Below, piece by piece: positions 27,747 to 41,559 of a stretch of DNA of 64,000 nt (positions are counted from its first letter, which is position 1; each line of letters begins with the position of its first letter). This DNA comes from Eledone cirrhosa (Eukaryota), in contig OZ024741.1 of the NCBI GenBank assembly GCA_964016885.1, forward strand, positions 86,614,001 to 86,678,000. Direction: 5' to 3'. Under the pieces are notes generated by a model. That model had not been told where the DNA came from, ran no database searches, and worked only from the letters and a program-made list of their open reading frames with translations. A program made the position numbers and the translations under genes.

Positions 27747-30700
27747 CAAGGACCCCATTCAATCATTACCTTCTATCTAGCGTATTTTCAAACCTCAATC
27801 CCTAATTCTAGCGTATCTTCAAAACAAAAAAACAAAATCCTTTCCTTCTTCCTTCTTCGAAGGCATGGGGCGGTCAAACGCCTAACACACACAACCATCA
27901 TGCGGCCACCCCCCCCCCCTCTCTCTCTCTCTATATATATATATATGATAGGAATTCACTTCGCCAAATTTCATTGCTTGCTGTCTACCCCACGATATTC
28001 ATGTAACGTAATGTACAGATTTTCCTTCATCTCTCTACCTCCACAAATCCTAATTCTAGCGTATTTTAATCCTAATTCTAGCGTATTTTCAAAACAATCC
28101 ATATTTCGTATCAAGTCCAAATAGCCAATCTATCGCTAAAACAAACTACATTTTTTGTATTTATTAATTGTTAAATACGAAAGTTTTTGGTCGTATTGAA
28201 CAGAACAAATTTTGTATTTTTGTTAATCGCTTGTTAAATGCAAGGACCCCATTCAATCATTACCTTCTATCTAGCTACCCAACACCCCTGCCTCCCACCC
28301 CCACGCACCACCATTGCTATTACGTGGACCAATCATAAACCAGAGCCCCCACGCATCACCAGTATTATTACGCGGACCAATCAGAAGCCAGAGGCCTATA
28401 CTATCGATTGCCTGGTTGCCTTTCGATATATGATGGATGGATGGACTGCGGAATCCTGGAGAGTGGAGGAGAGAGAGAGAAAAATCTGGACGCTCAGCGA
28501 CAATGCCAAAGATAAAGACAAATTCACCTCTTGGACGAGAATGCGAGCACTCCTCATTGTTTCGACCGCGGACGGCTAACATAACCCCATCGCCCCCCGC
28601 CCCCCACCCCCAAACGCAATCCAAAACTTCAGAGTTGGTACCATAAATGTAGGGACCCTAAAGGGTCGCGCTAACGAGGTTGTAGAAATGCTTGAACGTA
28701 AGGAGGTCGATGTTTGTTGTATTCAAGAGACCAGGTGGAGGGGTGGGTCTGCTAGGTTCATTGAGGGTAAAAAACGATGTTATAAGCTTTTCTGGGTGGG
28801 AAACGATGATGGGCTGGGTGGAGTAGGAATCATGGTAGCAGAAAAGTGGGCAGATAAGATAATAGACGTAAATAGAGTGAACGACAGAATAATGAAAATA
28901 AGACTTGTCCTCAATAGAACTACGGTGACAGTAATATCTGCGTACGCACCCCAATCCGGACTGCCCGGCACTATAAAAGACAGATTCTATGAGACACTGA
29001 TGCTAACTACCTCCCAAATATCCGACAGTGACTATATAATTATCGCAGGCGACCTAAATGGTCACGTTGGACAACATTGTGACGGCTACGACGAAATCCA
29101 TGCAGGCTATGGGTTTGGTACTAGAAATGAGGAAGGCTCCAGAATCCTGGAATTCTGTGATGCAAATAACCTAACTATCTGTAACACTAACTTCAAAAAA
29201 CGTGACAATCACCTGATCACCTATAGATCCGGGGAACACACAAGCCAGGTAGATTATATCCTTACCAGAAGACGTGACAGAGTGTCTGTTGTAAACACTA
29301 AATCCCTCCCCCATGAAGAATGCACCTCCCAACATAGACTGATAATTAGCGACCTCATAGTCAGGACGAGTCGTACTCGACAGCAGAAGAGGACTATCCT
29401 CAGGAGAAAAATATGGAAGCTAAAGGACCCCACAGCCAGGAATAAATTTCAAAGCATATTACTTGATGCTTTCGACAGTAAGGAAGAACATTTAGAGTCG
29501 GACAATATAGAGGGAGAGTGGGAATTTCTGAAAGCAAACCTGCTGTTGGCGACAGACGAAGTCTGTGGCTGGAGCAGGCCTGTAGGCAGGAGGAGAGTAA
29601 CATGGTGGTGGAACAGTAAGGTGGAGGGGTCAATTAAGGCCAAAAAGCAGGCTTGGAAAGTATGGCGGGATGGGGGAAGTAGAGAAGACTATCAAGTGGC
29701 CAGGAGGGAAGCTAGGAGACAAGTGTACTTAGCAAGAAGGGAAGGTGAAGAAAGAAAGTTCAAGCATGTTCTACAACCCGATGACCAAAAACGTGAGGTG
29801 TTCAGGATTGCTAGGCAATGCGTCAAGGAAAACTGTGATATTGTCGGGGAGAAGTGTGTACTAAACGACGATGGCACACTTGCCATCACCGACGCTGATA
29901 AGAAGGTAGCTTGGAAGTGTCACTATGAAAGGCTACTAAATGAGGAGAATAAATGGGAGAAAGACAGTCTCCCCCATATCGACCCAATAGAGGGACCAGC
30001 AGTGTTAGTCGAGGGGAGTATAATAAGTAAGGCAATCAAGGATATGAAGACGGGTAAGGCGGCTGGGCCTTCGGAAATAGTTGCTGAGATGCTGAAGGCA
30101 TCTGGCACGGTGGGACACACCATGGTCACCCGCATAGTTAACCAAGTCGTACAGAATGGGGTTGTTCCGAAGGACTGGCATAGCAGCATCATCGTTAACT
30201 GTTATAAGGGTAAAGGAGACGCCCTAGATAGGAGTAACTATAGAGGCATTAAATTAATCGACCAGGTCATGAAGGTCACGGAAAAAGTAATAGCGCAACT
30301 AATCAGAGAGAGAATTGACCTAGATGAAATGCAGTTCGGGTTTGTGTCAGGCAAAAGTACCACAGACGCTCTTTTCATAGTACGACAACTACAGGAGAAG
30401 TACCTAGCTAAAGGTAAACCCCTCTACTTAGCTTTTGTCGACTTGGAGAAAGCCTTCGACAGAGTCCCCCGCTCCATTATCTGGTGGGCTCTTAGAAAAC
30501 TAGGCGTTGACGAATGGCTTGTGAGGGCTATACAAGCCATGTATAAAGAAACAGTCAGCAAGGTTAGAATTAACAACGAATATAGTGAAGAGTTTAGCGT
30601 AAAAGTTGGCGTCCATCAGGGCTCTGTTCTCAGCCCACTACTATTTATTATTGCCCTTCAGGCTATAACAGAGGAGTTCAAGACAGGCTGCCCATGGGAA

Positions 30701-32055
30701 CTCCTATACGCAGACGACCTGACACTCATAGCGGAATCAATGGCCGAGCTAGAGAAGAAATTCCAAACATGGAAGCACGGCCTAGAGTCAAAAGGACTTA
30801 AAATTAACCTGGCTAAGACCAAAGTACTAGTTTGTAGGAAAGAAAACAAGGCGGCGGTCCCTTCTGGGAAATGGTCGTGCTCGGTGTGTAGGAAAGGCGT
30901 AGGTAGAAACTCCATTTTATGTCCTAAATGCAAAGTATGGGTGCATAAAAGATGTAGTGGGATCACAGGTAAGCTAAGAACATAGATTTTACATGTGGCC
31001 GGTGCTCTGGTGCAATAAGTAGCAGCAAGTGCCCACAAAATACTAGCTCTTTCAATTGCGCAGAGGGTTCTATAGAAATAGTGGACAGCTGCCGTTACCT
31101 GGGCGATAAAATCAGCAGTGGGGGAGGGTGCTCTGAAAGTACTGTAGCTAGAGTCAGAACTGGTTGGAAAAAGTTCAGAGAGCTTATACCACTATTAGCT
31201 GCTAAAGGGTTCTCCCTAAAAATGAAAGGCAGGTTGTACGATGCCTGCATACGAACAGCAATGCTGCATGGCAGTGAGACCTGGGCATTGTGTGCAGAGG
31301 ATATACGCAGACTAGAGAGGAACGAAGCTTGCATGCTCCGCTGGATGTGTAACAGTAATATACGTGAACGGCAAAGCATAAACGAACTAAGGAAAAAATT
31401 AGAGATAAGAGGGATCAGATGTTGTTTACTCGAGAGAAGGCTACGTTGGTATGGACACGTGATGCGCATGAAAGTCGATAGCTGTATAACAAAGTGCAGG
31501 GCAATAAAGATAGACGGTAGTCACGGAATAGGCAGACCTAGAAAAACCTGGGACGAGCTGATAAACTCCGACATCACACACTTACACCTCTCCAAGACAA
31601 TGTCACTGGACCGAGACCTTTGGCGGTACTCAGTAACAGAGAAGACCCGCCTTACCTAAATATATAGTAAAACCTACTCCAGCCAGTAGGCATCTCTAAC
31701 AAAATACACCCCGTCCCACCACCACCACCCCCACCCCATCCACACCACCCCGTTCTATGTAAAGTTATGTTGGTGCCGCGCCATCGAGGCCGAAACAAAT
31801 GAGATCGTGTAGGTGTCACGACAAAAAAACACACAGTCCACGCTGTAATGTGGCCGTGTAGGCAACACGGTACAAACCTCCCAGACCCACACTGTAAATG
31901 TGGTTGGTGTTAGGAAGGGCATCCAACTGTAGAAAACCTGCCAGACAGTCCTATGCGAGCAAGACAATCACTCTTGCCTCAAGTGGGACTACCCCCGTCC
32001 AAACCCATGCAAGCGTGGAACACGGACGTTAAACGTTGATGATGATGATGATGAT
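27747..32055 (+). mobile_element. Full-length RTE family A element (~4.3 kb) with a single frameshift
   Basis: 5' region shared with 6562-7540; APE-RT ORF 28688-30985, a 4-bp deletion (CTAA) near 30977, then ORF to 31659; 3' UTR and (GAT)n tail. Confidence 0.96.
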
Positions 32056-32097
32056 ACATATATATATATATACATATATATATACATATATATATAC

Positions 32098-32130
<33 letters not shown>

Positions 32131-32149
32131 CATATATATATATACACAC

Positions 32150-32180
<31 letters not shown>

Positions 32181-32513
32181 CACACACATATATATATATA
32201 TACATATATATATATACACACACATATATACATATATATATATACACACACATATATATATATATACATATATATATACATATATATATATACACACACA
32301 TATATACATATTTATATATATACACACACACACATATACATATATATATATACACACACACACATATACATATATATATATACACACACACATATACATA
32401 TATATATATATACACACACACATATACATATATATATATACACACACACATATACATATATACACACACACACACACATACATATATATACACACACACA
32501 TATACATATATAT

Positions 32514-32546
<33 letters not shown>

Positions 32547-32952
32547 CATATATACACACATATATATATATATATATATACATATATACACACACATATA
32601 TATATATACATATATACACACATACACACACATATATATATATACATATATACACACATACACACACATATATATATATATACATATATACACACACATA
32701 TATATATATATACATATATACACACATACACACACATATATATATATACATATATACACACACATATATATATATATACACACACACATATATATATATA
32801 TACATATATATATATACACACATATACATATATACACACACACATATACATATATATATATACACACACACACACATATACATATATATATACACACACA
32901 CACATATACATATATACATACACACACATATATATATATATACACACACATA

Positions 32953-32984
<32 letters not shown>

Positions 32985-32987
32985 CAT

Positions 32988-33036
<49 letters not shown>

Positions 33037-33183
33037 CATATATATATATACATATACATATACACATATACATATACATACATATATATATATATATATA
33101 TACATATATATATACATACATATATACATATATATATATATACATATATACATATATACATATATACATACATATATATACAT
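32056..33183. repeat. TA/CA compound microsatellite
   Basis: Directly visible. Confidence 0.95.
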
Positions 33184-35700
33184 CGGACACAAAGGATGAG
33201 TTCTATGAGAACCTTGCATCCATCATCAGCAACATCCTCAGGAATGAACTTGTTCTCCTGGGAGATTTCAATGCCAGGGTGGGTGCAAATTACGACTCAT
33301 GGCCCTCCTCCCTTGAACAATTTAGTGTGGGAAAAATGAACAACAGTGGACAGCATCTTGTCGAGTTGTGCACACATCACAGCCAGTGCATCACCAGATC
33401 AGGCTACACCTGAGGAGATTCCATTGAGTCAAGAAACAGGGAGTCCCCCCTCAATGTCACCAAGATATCCCAACCAGACCTTGTAGAGCAATTCACGGAG
33501 GCTTTAGAGAAAGAACTTTGCTCTTGCAGTCCCGGGGACTCTGTCACAGAGAAGTGAGAAACGCTGTGAAACATCATGCACTGCACAGCCTTGGTTGTCC
33601 CCCTGGATGACACCTGTCATTGAGGCCAAGTGCATTACCTTAGCTGAGTACAAGGGATCACCCAGTGAGAAGAACCTGCAGATTCGCAGGGATGTCAGAA
33701 GTAAGTTTCAACAGACTGCAAGGTGCTGTGTCAATGAGTCCTGGACACTACTCAGTGGACATCCAGACAACCGCCGAAATAGGGGACAATAGAAGCATGT
33801 ACAGTGGCATCAAAACAAGACAGCTCCACTGAAAACCAGCACTGGGAAAGTAATCAATGACAGAGGCTGGCAGATGGAGTTCAACCTCTACCCCAGACAG
33901 AATACTGTGCACCACTCAGCTCTCGACGCCATCAAGTGCCTGCCCATCATGAAAGAGCTTGACACTGAGCCAATTTTGCCTGAGCTCAGCAAGGCCATTG
34001 ATGGCTTGAGCTCAGCAAGGCCATTGATGGGTTGGCCTCAGGCAAGGCCCTGGGCAGCAATGGTGTCCCCCACCAGACCTGATCAAGCAATGCAAGACCA
34101 CCCTACTGTGGCCACTGCACGGGGGACACCAAGATCATCACCCTCTACAAAAACAAGAGTGAAAGAAACAACTGCAACAACTATAGGGGCATCTCCCTTC
34201 TCAGTATCATCAGCAAAGGATTCGCATTATTTTGATCTGCCTGCAGAACATGTCTACCCAGAATCACAGTGCAGTTTCCAAGCTGAGAGATCAACAATGG
34301 ACATGGGCTTCTCCCTTTGTTGACTCCAGGAGAAATGCAGGGAACAGAATATGCCCCTGCATGTCACTTTCTTGGTCAGTAGAGATTGCCTATTCGAGAT
34401 CCTCCCAAAGATTGGCTGCCCACAAAGACTGCAGAGCATAATAGAATCCTTCCACACCAACATGAACGGGACGGTGCAGTTTAACCCTTTAACATTCAAA
34501 CCAGCCGTATCCGGCCAGAAATGTCTCACCTCTTTCTGTTCAAACCAATTGAAACTGGCCGCTTATACTGATGTTAAGGTAGTGTTCTCAAAATAAATAA
34601 TATCAAAATCTCATAGATTCGATATTATTTGAGATAATTATGTAAGATAAAGTGTTTACTACAAAAATACAATAGTAAATATAGAGTAATGTGAATGCTA
34701 AAGGGTTAACAAGAGCACTTTGGAGCCATTCAGTATTTGCAGTGGCGTCGGCTGCATCCTTGCACCTGCACGCTTTGGGATTTTCTTCGCTCTGCCCCTG
34801 AGGTGCACAACGGAGGGGATTTCCTTGCACATCAGATCGGATGGCAGACTGTTCAACTTTGCTTGCCTCTGCGCAAGGACAAAGGTGTGCATCATACTCA
34901 TCAGAGACATGCTGTTTGCTGATGATGCAGCAGTTGTAACACACTTCCAACAAGAACTCCAGATACTAATGGACCGCTTCTCCAAGGCTTGCAGGGACTT
35001 TGGACTGACCATCAGCCTTAAGAAGACGGATATGTCTTCGGATAGGACACGGCACTGTCAGACATAAAATCACCAATTACAAGCTCAATTCCTCTGTCAT
35101 TGACAACATCTCCCTGGACATAGAGCTCAACAAGAAGATTGGGAAGGCAATCACAGCACTTGTTCACCTCACAACCTGAGTGTGGATAAACCCCAAGCTG
35201 ACGGTAAAGACCAAGATGGCAGTGTACAACACCTGTGTCATCGGAACACTGCTGTATGCCAGACAGGAGAAGCGACTCAACAGATTCCACCTGGGAAGCC
35301 TATACCGCATCCTGGGTATATCCTGGCAAGAGAGAATGTCCAAAGCTGAGGTCCTGATTCATGCTGGCCTTCCCAGCATCTTCACCCTGCTCTGACAGTG
35401 CAGACTGCACTGGCTGGGACACATTCACCACATAGGATGACTGCATCCCAAAAGACATACTTAGGGAGAGCTGGTACCTGGAAGGGGAGCCACCAGTCAA
35501 CATCGGCTATGATTCAAGAACATTGTAAAGGGGACTCCGTGTTGACATCAACATGGAGTCCTGGGAGGGCCTCGCAGCTGACAGGACAAGATACAGGGAC
35601 CTACATAGATGTGACCTATATGACAGAAAGTGTCCCTCATGCATAGGTCTGTCTAGCCATAGGAGAAGCTGGTCCAGCTGAGCAGACTGCAACTGGGATA
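33184..35700 (+). mobile_element. Decayed BovB/RTE-1-like LINE
   Basis: [54 protein letters not shown]...RTKV..IRDMLFADDAA; many frameshifts. Confidence 0.85.
34481..34709. mobile_element. piggyBac-type MITE inserted in the BovB-like element
   Basis: TTAA|CCCTTTAACATTCA...TGAATGCTAAAGGG|TTAA; a second copy lies at 53161-53373. Confidence 0.85.
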
Positions 35701-35745
35701 CCACACATTGTTAGCCCTGAATGAAAGAGGCCTTACTTACATATA

Positions 35746-36339
35746 CAGAGAAGGCTGCGTTGGTATGGACACGTGATGCGCATGAAAGTCGATAGCTGTA
35801 TTACAAAGTGCAGGGCAATAAAGATAGACGGTAGCCACGGAATAGGCAGACCTAGAAAAACATGGGATGAGCTGATAAACTCCGACCTCATACACTTACA
35901 CCTCTCCAAGACAATGTCACTGGACCGTGACCTTTGGCGGTACTCAGTAACAGAGAAGACCCGCCTTGCCAGTAGGCATCTCTAACAAACTACACCCCGT
36001 CCCGCCACCACCCCCACCCCATCCACACCACCCCGTTCCATGTAAAGTTATGTTGGTGCCGCGCCATCCAGGCCGAAACAAACGAGATCGTGTAGGTGTC
36101 ACGACAAAAAAACACACAGTCCACGCTGTAATGTGGCCGTGTAGGCAACACGGTAAAAACCTCCCAGACCCACACTGTAAATGTGGTTGGTGTTCGGAAG
36201 GGCATCCAACTGTAGAAAACCTGCCAGACAGTCCTATGCGAGCAAGACAATCACTCTTGCCTCAAGTGGGACTACCCCCGTCCAAACCCATGCAAGCGTG
36301 GAACACGGACGTTAAACGTTGATGATGATGATGATGATG
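35746..36339 (+). mobile_element. RTE family A 3' fragment
   Basis: RRLRWYGHV...EKTRL followed by the 3' UTR and (GAT)n tail. Confidence 0.92.
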
Positions 36340-38206
36340 ACACACACTATCATAATATAATGAAGATCAGTCACCGGGGTGGGGGTTGGGGTGCACATGT
36401 AGTTGGGACTTGGCAGTAGAATGTGGACAAGCCCTATGGACAGTTTGTAGTGACCATGTTAGGTATCTGTGTACTAAATTCTGTTAATACGCAGCTATTT
36501 TGTTCTTAGATATTTTTACAAAATAAATCGTAAAAAGATATTTTGTTTCTTTTTTTCAAAATATACCTTGAGAGACAGCTCAATTTATTTTGATTTTCAG
36601 TACGCAATAATACTCAATGAAATTAAGTACAATTTATGACATGTATTATTGGTTAGGTTTAGTGTTAAGGAATGGAATGGTCACGGCTGGAAAGGTGTAG
36701 TCGAGTTAAAATTTCTTTGCGCATGACTCATTTTTTGCGCATGCGCACAAACCAAAATGAATCGGACTGTCTATTTGTTTTGGGAGATTTTGTTTCAGAC
36801 TGAAAAGTCCGGAATACCAGTATGCGTCATATCACTTGTAGCGCCTTAGGAACTAAGAAATACGATATTCCCGTTTTTTCATTCTTTTTAGTTACTTCTC
36901 GGAAACTGATGGAAATGATTCAACAAATACACAAGTATAATGTACATAATGTACGCAAGCAAGCAATTTTTATCGTAATTACCTACCAACAAGTTAATAA
37001 AGGTATAATATATATCAAAGGTAAATTTAGGAATGCAACATGTTCATAAGCAATTGAAAGTTGTGATCAACAATTGGTCAATAGTAAAATACAGTTCCTA
37101 GTCAACTTTATCTTGTATCTAAAGTAAATATAATACATTAATGCACAATTGTATTTCAAACTGCATGAATTTAACCCTTCCACCATAAGGGCCTCATGGG
37201 CTGCAGATCCAGTGAAATAAATTCAATAGATCCAAATTCTTCAGATGGCAACAGGGCAGTATTCTATTTTTGAGGATATATAACGAATGTAGGTTAAAAT
37301 ATAAGACTAACTGCTACAAGATGTTTTCCTCTCATTTACAAAAGCGATGACACATAAATATTTGGAAATCTTACGTTCCCCTTTTAGGAATAAATCTGAG
37401 TCACAATGGCAGAGTGGAAAAAAAAATTTCTCTCACGATGTAAAGTGCGATGATAATATTCCAGCTCATACGTATGTAGAATTGTGTAAATAAATCCTTA
37501 GCATTATTAGTAGTTTAAATATAAATTTATAACCATAGAATTTTCAACAGATTACTAAACAAATAAGATGTTTCTCTCCTTTTACTTATGTTGAAGATAT
37601 TTTCAAAGCTTCAAAAAGTTTGCTGATAACAACCTTAATAATCTACATGATAATACCCCATGGATTTGTGCCATAAATAACACCCCAACATTTAGGCTAT
37701 ACATAAACCTCGTGCTGCGAAAGAAAGATAAAATCTGAAGATTTCTTAAGCTGCTTACAATTTGACAAACGAAGCAAAATTCTTATGCATAACATTTATA
37801 TAGGTCCTAAATAATACAGATATATAATGAATGTATGTAATATTTGGGCTATGATAGGATTGTGTCAAATCTCAGGATTGTGTCCAAGAAATTGTCCATA
37901 TCAGAAATAAATACTTCTACAACTACTATTATTATTGTTGTTGTTGTAGGCACTACTCTTACAACAACGACTTATAAAATTATGATTGTTTGAGTGAGAA
38001 AGAAAATAACAAAACGTAAGAAGAAAGTGGTAAAGAAGAGGGGACAAAAATGAAGTTAAGAGAAAAACAGATGAGAGCAGAGACAGCGTGAGAATTTGGA
38101 ACGGAAGGGGAAGAAAGAAAGAAAACAGAGGTAGATATAGATAGACAGAGTTTTATATATATAAATATACAGAGAGAGACATACAGATAAGATGATGACG
38201 ACTTAC

Positions 38207-38317
38207 CTCAAGAAAAGCTCCATTGACATATCGATGAATTAAAGATGTTTTGCCACAAGCACAGTCGCCGACAATGACCAACTTGGATCGTACACATGTT
38301 CCACTGATTGGATTCAT
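38207..38317 (-). CDS. First coding exon of a Rho-family GTPase, Rnd/RhoE-like
   Basis: ATG...GAG|gtaagt, 111 nt, encoding MNPISGTCVRSKLVIVGDCACGKTSLIHRYVNGAFLE. Rho P-loop KLVIVGDxxCGKT; phase-0 donor after FxE. Confidence 0.88.
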
Positions 38318-38752
38318 ATTCAAAATTACACCACTAATTTGATATTAACTTTCACGCAAACATTCGCGTATGTTGTACCAGTTATACACTGCGGCTGACT
38401 CTTTTAACTAGTACTATTATTATCCTTGTTGTATTGTTGTCAACACAACTACAATTTAAGAAATTATTGATTGTGTAGATTTGGAATTAAAGATTGTCAG
38501 ATAAATAAGACAAATAAACGACAGTAATTCTGTTTGTAGCTTTAAGAAATCCAATAGCCACTGCTAGTGATTCACTCACCAGAAAATTTTTATTATTTTT
38601 TTTTCATGAAATCCAGTAAACATATTCCAAATTAAAAAAAATAGTCAGTGTTAAAATGTTAGACAATAAATTACTATCAACTTACTTCGTGGAGTAAGCT
38701 AAAACGCACCAGGACAATATAGACACACGCGCACACACGTGTATGTATGTGC

Positions 38753-38803
<51 letters not shown>

Positions 38804-39600
38804 GAGAGAGAATGAAAATTTAAAGCTTAATTAGTATAATTAAGGGGATATCAGAAATACAATATATACGGGTGTACAGATCATAGGTACAACACATTTG
38901 TCTAGTGAAATAACTCGTGGTACGGTAGGGGCAATCCAATGCTAGATAAATATATAATGGCGTAAATATTTATCCACTAAATTAAAACAGGACCATAATT
39001 TCAATTCCTCTGTTCTGAAAGTTTTCAGTACGGACTTGAAAAGATGAGATAATGTTTTAATAATTTCGTTACTCTTCGATAGCTTGCGATTTTATAGACT
39101 ATACGTAAACTGCACTGCAATGACAATAGATACTGCGGCTGAAACGTTTGGGGCGATTTTCGTACAAAATTATAAATAAAATTGATGCAAGCACTCTGAC
39201 AACACGTTAGCTTACATGACAGGATATGTTTCAATGTCAGATTGTTCATCACGTAAGATCATTGCTGAAAACTCATCTATGTTACAGCTGTTGGGCCGAT
39301 TACGTCTCACATTTCTGCCAAACGTCCTCAAAACATACTGTAGATTATTAACAAAATCATACGCTGTAGCTGTTCACACATTCCAGAAATACATGTGCTT
39401 ATCTTAACATATTTCTTCTATTCACTTTTTCTATTGTTTATCTGAGACGTCGTCATTACTTTCTTCCATGTTGACTCTCTCTCTTTCCCAGGTAGTGTTC
39501 ACTCCTGATCGTTCTAGCAAGCTGTCTTTCCGGGATGTGAAATTCCAGACTTTCTGCAACTACAGACCACATAGCAGCTAATCAAAGTATACTATTTTCG

Positions 39601-39608
39601 TGACGTCA
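39601..39608. promoter_or_regulatory. Perfect CRE palindrome in the probable promoter region of the Rho-family gene
   Basis: TGACGTCA in unique, CpG-retaining sequence ~1.3 kb upstream of the ATG; function is inferred only. Confidence 0.35.
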
Positions 39609-39931
39609 TAGTCCTTCAGTCACTTTTCTTATTTCTAGTCATATCTTACGATCATGCACTCACACTTGCAACCCACCTCAAATTACATCGAGTCAACAAG
39701 GGAGCCTGTACTACGCAGTCGATAGACTTGTTAGAAATAACAATCAAATCTCAGCCACATTCGATAATAGTCCAGAGCTCCTTGCACACAGGAAAAGACG
39801 GATTGTCATTGCTGGAATTCCTTTGTAAACAACGACAACCTCATATACATATATAAATGTATTCACTAGCTCTATATAACGATGATAATGGAAAATAATT
39901 TCGGCAAACACTTTTTATAGATCGGTGGAAC

Positions 39932-39962
<31 letters not shown>

Positions 39963-40013
39963 TATTGGAATTGAACTATCAAGACCGTAGAGGTATGTCA
40001 TATATCAAATCAT

Positions 40014-40081
40014 GTATTTTATCTGATGAGGACGTACTGAAAAAAAAACAGCTCAGTCTTCGAAATATATATAATAAAACA
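40014..40081 (+). ncRNA. Minimal type I hammerhead ribozyme-like motif
   Basis: TTTTAT-CTGATGA-GGAC...GTCTTC-GAAA-TATATA-TA^ATAAAA: intact core, 6-bp stem I and palindromic stem III. Confidence 0.6.
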
Positions 40082-40344
40082 TATATTTTGATTATGTAAA
40101 TTTCTTCATTTGTTAATATTTCGAATAATATATATATATATAAATATTCCTACAGAACGAAAATCAAATATAAACACATACAACAAATGCAATTAACCAT
40201 TGATAGGAACCTCACAAATACAACACCAAAATATATGACCAGAGTGAGAGAGAGAGAAAAAAGAAGGAAAACAAAAGCAAAAATGACCAATTCACCACCA
40301 AGTGCGACAATCGGTCGCACATCACGAGGGTCAGCGGAATATTT

Positions 40345-40531
40345 TGAGGCAAGCCAATACGCTCGCAGCATTACCACGAATGATGGCGAGACTAAGGCGT
40401 TAAAACAACCAGGTACTCTCACTGATTTTATTCCGTTCGGCAACGGGTTAAGTGACGCCCCCCCAACATTTACTGCGGCATCAATGATGTGGGAGGAAGC
40501 AAAAGAGTCACTGACAGTGGCGTCCCAGATT
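40345..40531 (-). mobile_element. CRE-clade non-LTR retrotransposon C-terminal (restriction-like endonuclease) fragment
   Basis: IWDATVSDSFASSHI..AA..GGA, then ESTWLF*RLSLAIIRGNAASVLAC in another frame. Confidence 0.72.
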
Positions 40532-40732
40532 CGTTAGTTCGTCACACATTCTGTGATCTCCTCAATGACTATATCTGTTCTCTTATGTGCTTTCTCTTCT
40601 TTCTGCTCTTAATCTGCTACTCCATCTTCGTGTAGCAGATTTAAACTAGGAAAAAGAGGCACAAAAGAGAACAGATAGTCTTTGTGGAGGTCACAGAATG
40701 TGTGACGAAAGAACTTTGACGAACTAACGAAT
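40529..40732. mobile_element. Fold-back/MITE-like inverted repeat
   Basis: ATTCGTTAGTTCGTCA-CACATTCTGTGA...TCACAGAATGTGTGACG..TGACGAACTAACGAAT, with imperfect arms of ~70 bp. Confidence 0.7.
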
Positions 40733-40976
40733 AACTAGTAATAAAGATAATGTGAAAATCCTATAGTGCGTGTTTCTTTTTATTGGTAATACTGACAACA
40801 TGATCATCCCCAAATACAGTGGAACCTTTGTTCACAAACTTAATTCATTCCTGAAGGTTGTTTATCATCCAAAATGCTTGTAAACTGAAACTATTTTTCC
40901 TATACAAAATGTTGAGAGAGAGACTGTGTGAAAGACAGATAGATATCACCATAGTAACTGACTACACAGCAAGTGA

Positions 40977-41030
<54 letters not shown>

Positions 41031-41559
41031 GTGGGTGTTTAAGATAATTGAAGGAACAAAGGAACACTCAATATGTGTAAGTAGTGTAAATTTTATTTTC
41101 TGAAGAGAAAAGTGGTAATGACTTCAAAGTTTCAGCTTTGTTACCTCTTTGTCATCATCATATATAATGTCTATTTCCCCTGCTAACAAGAGTTGGATGT
41201 GTCGTCACAGACAAAGTCATTACTTAGCTAGACCTACCACCTCCCAGATTGGCCAGGTGCTTCACCTTTCTTATATATGTTCCCACATATTACAGAGTGT
41301 ACTGGGTGCGTTTTATCATAGCACCAGTACTAGGGAGGTTGTTATGTCCTCTCAACCCTTTGGCAAGTTTTCTACAGCTAGAGAGATTGTTCCTCAATGA
41401 CTTGATTGAAGAGCCCTCCCTACTATATGTGTGTTTGGGACGACAACTTGCCCCAAGTATAAGGTTTTTAGGGAAAGGGAAGAAGAAATATGACAAGTGT
41501 GATATCAATGTAAAGAGGGTAATGCAAGATAAGGAGTAAGTATGTCATAGGTGTATGAC

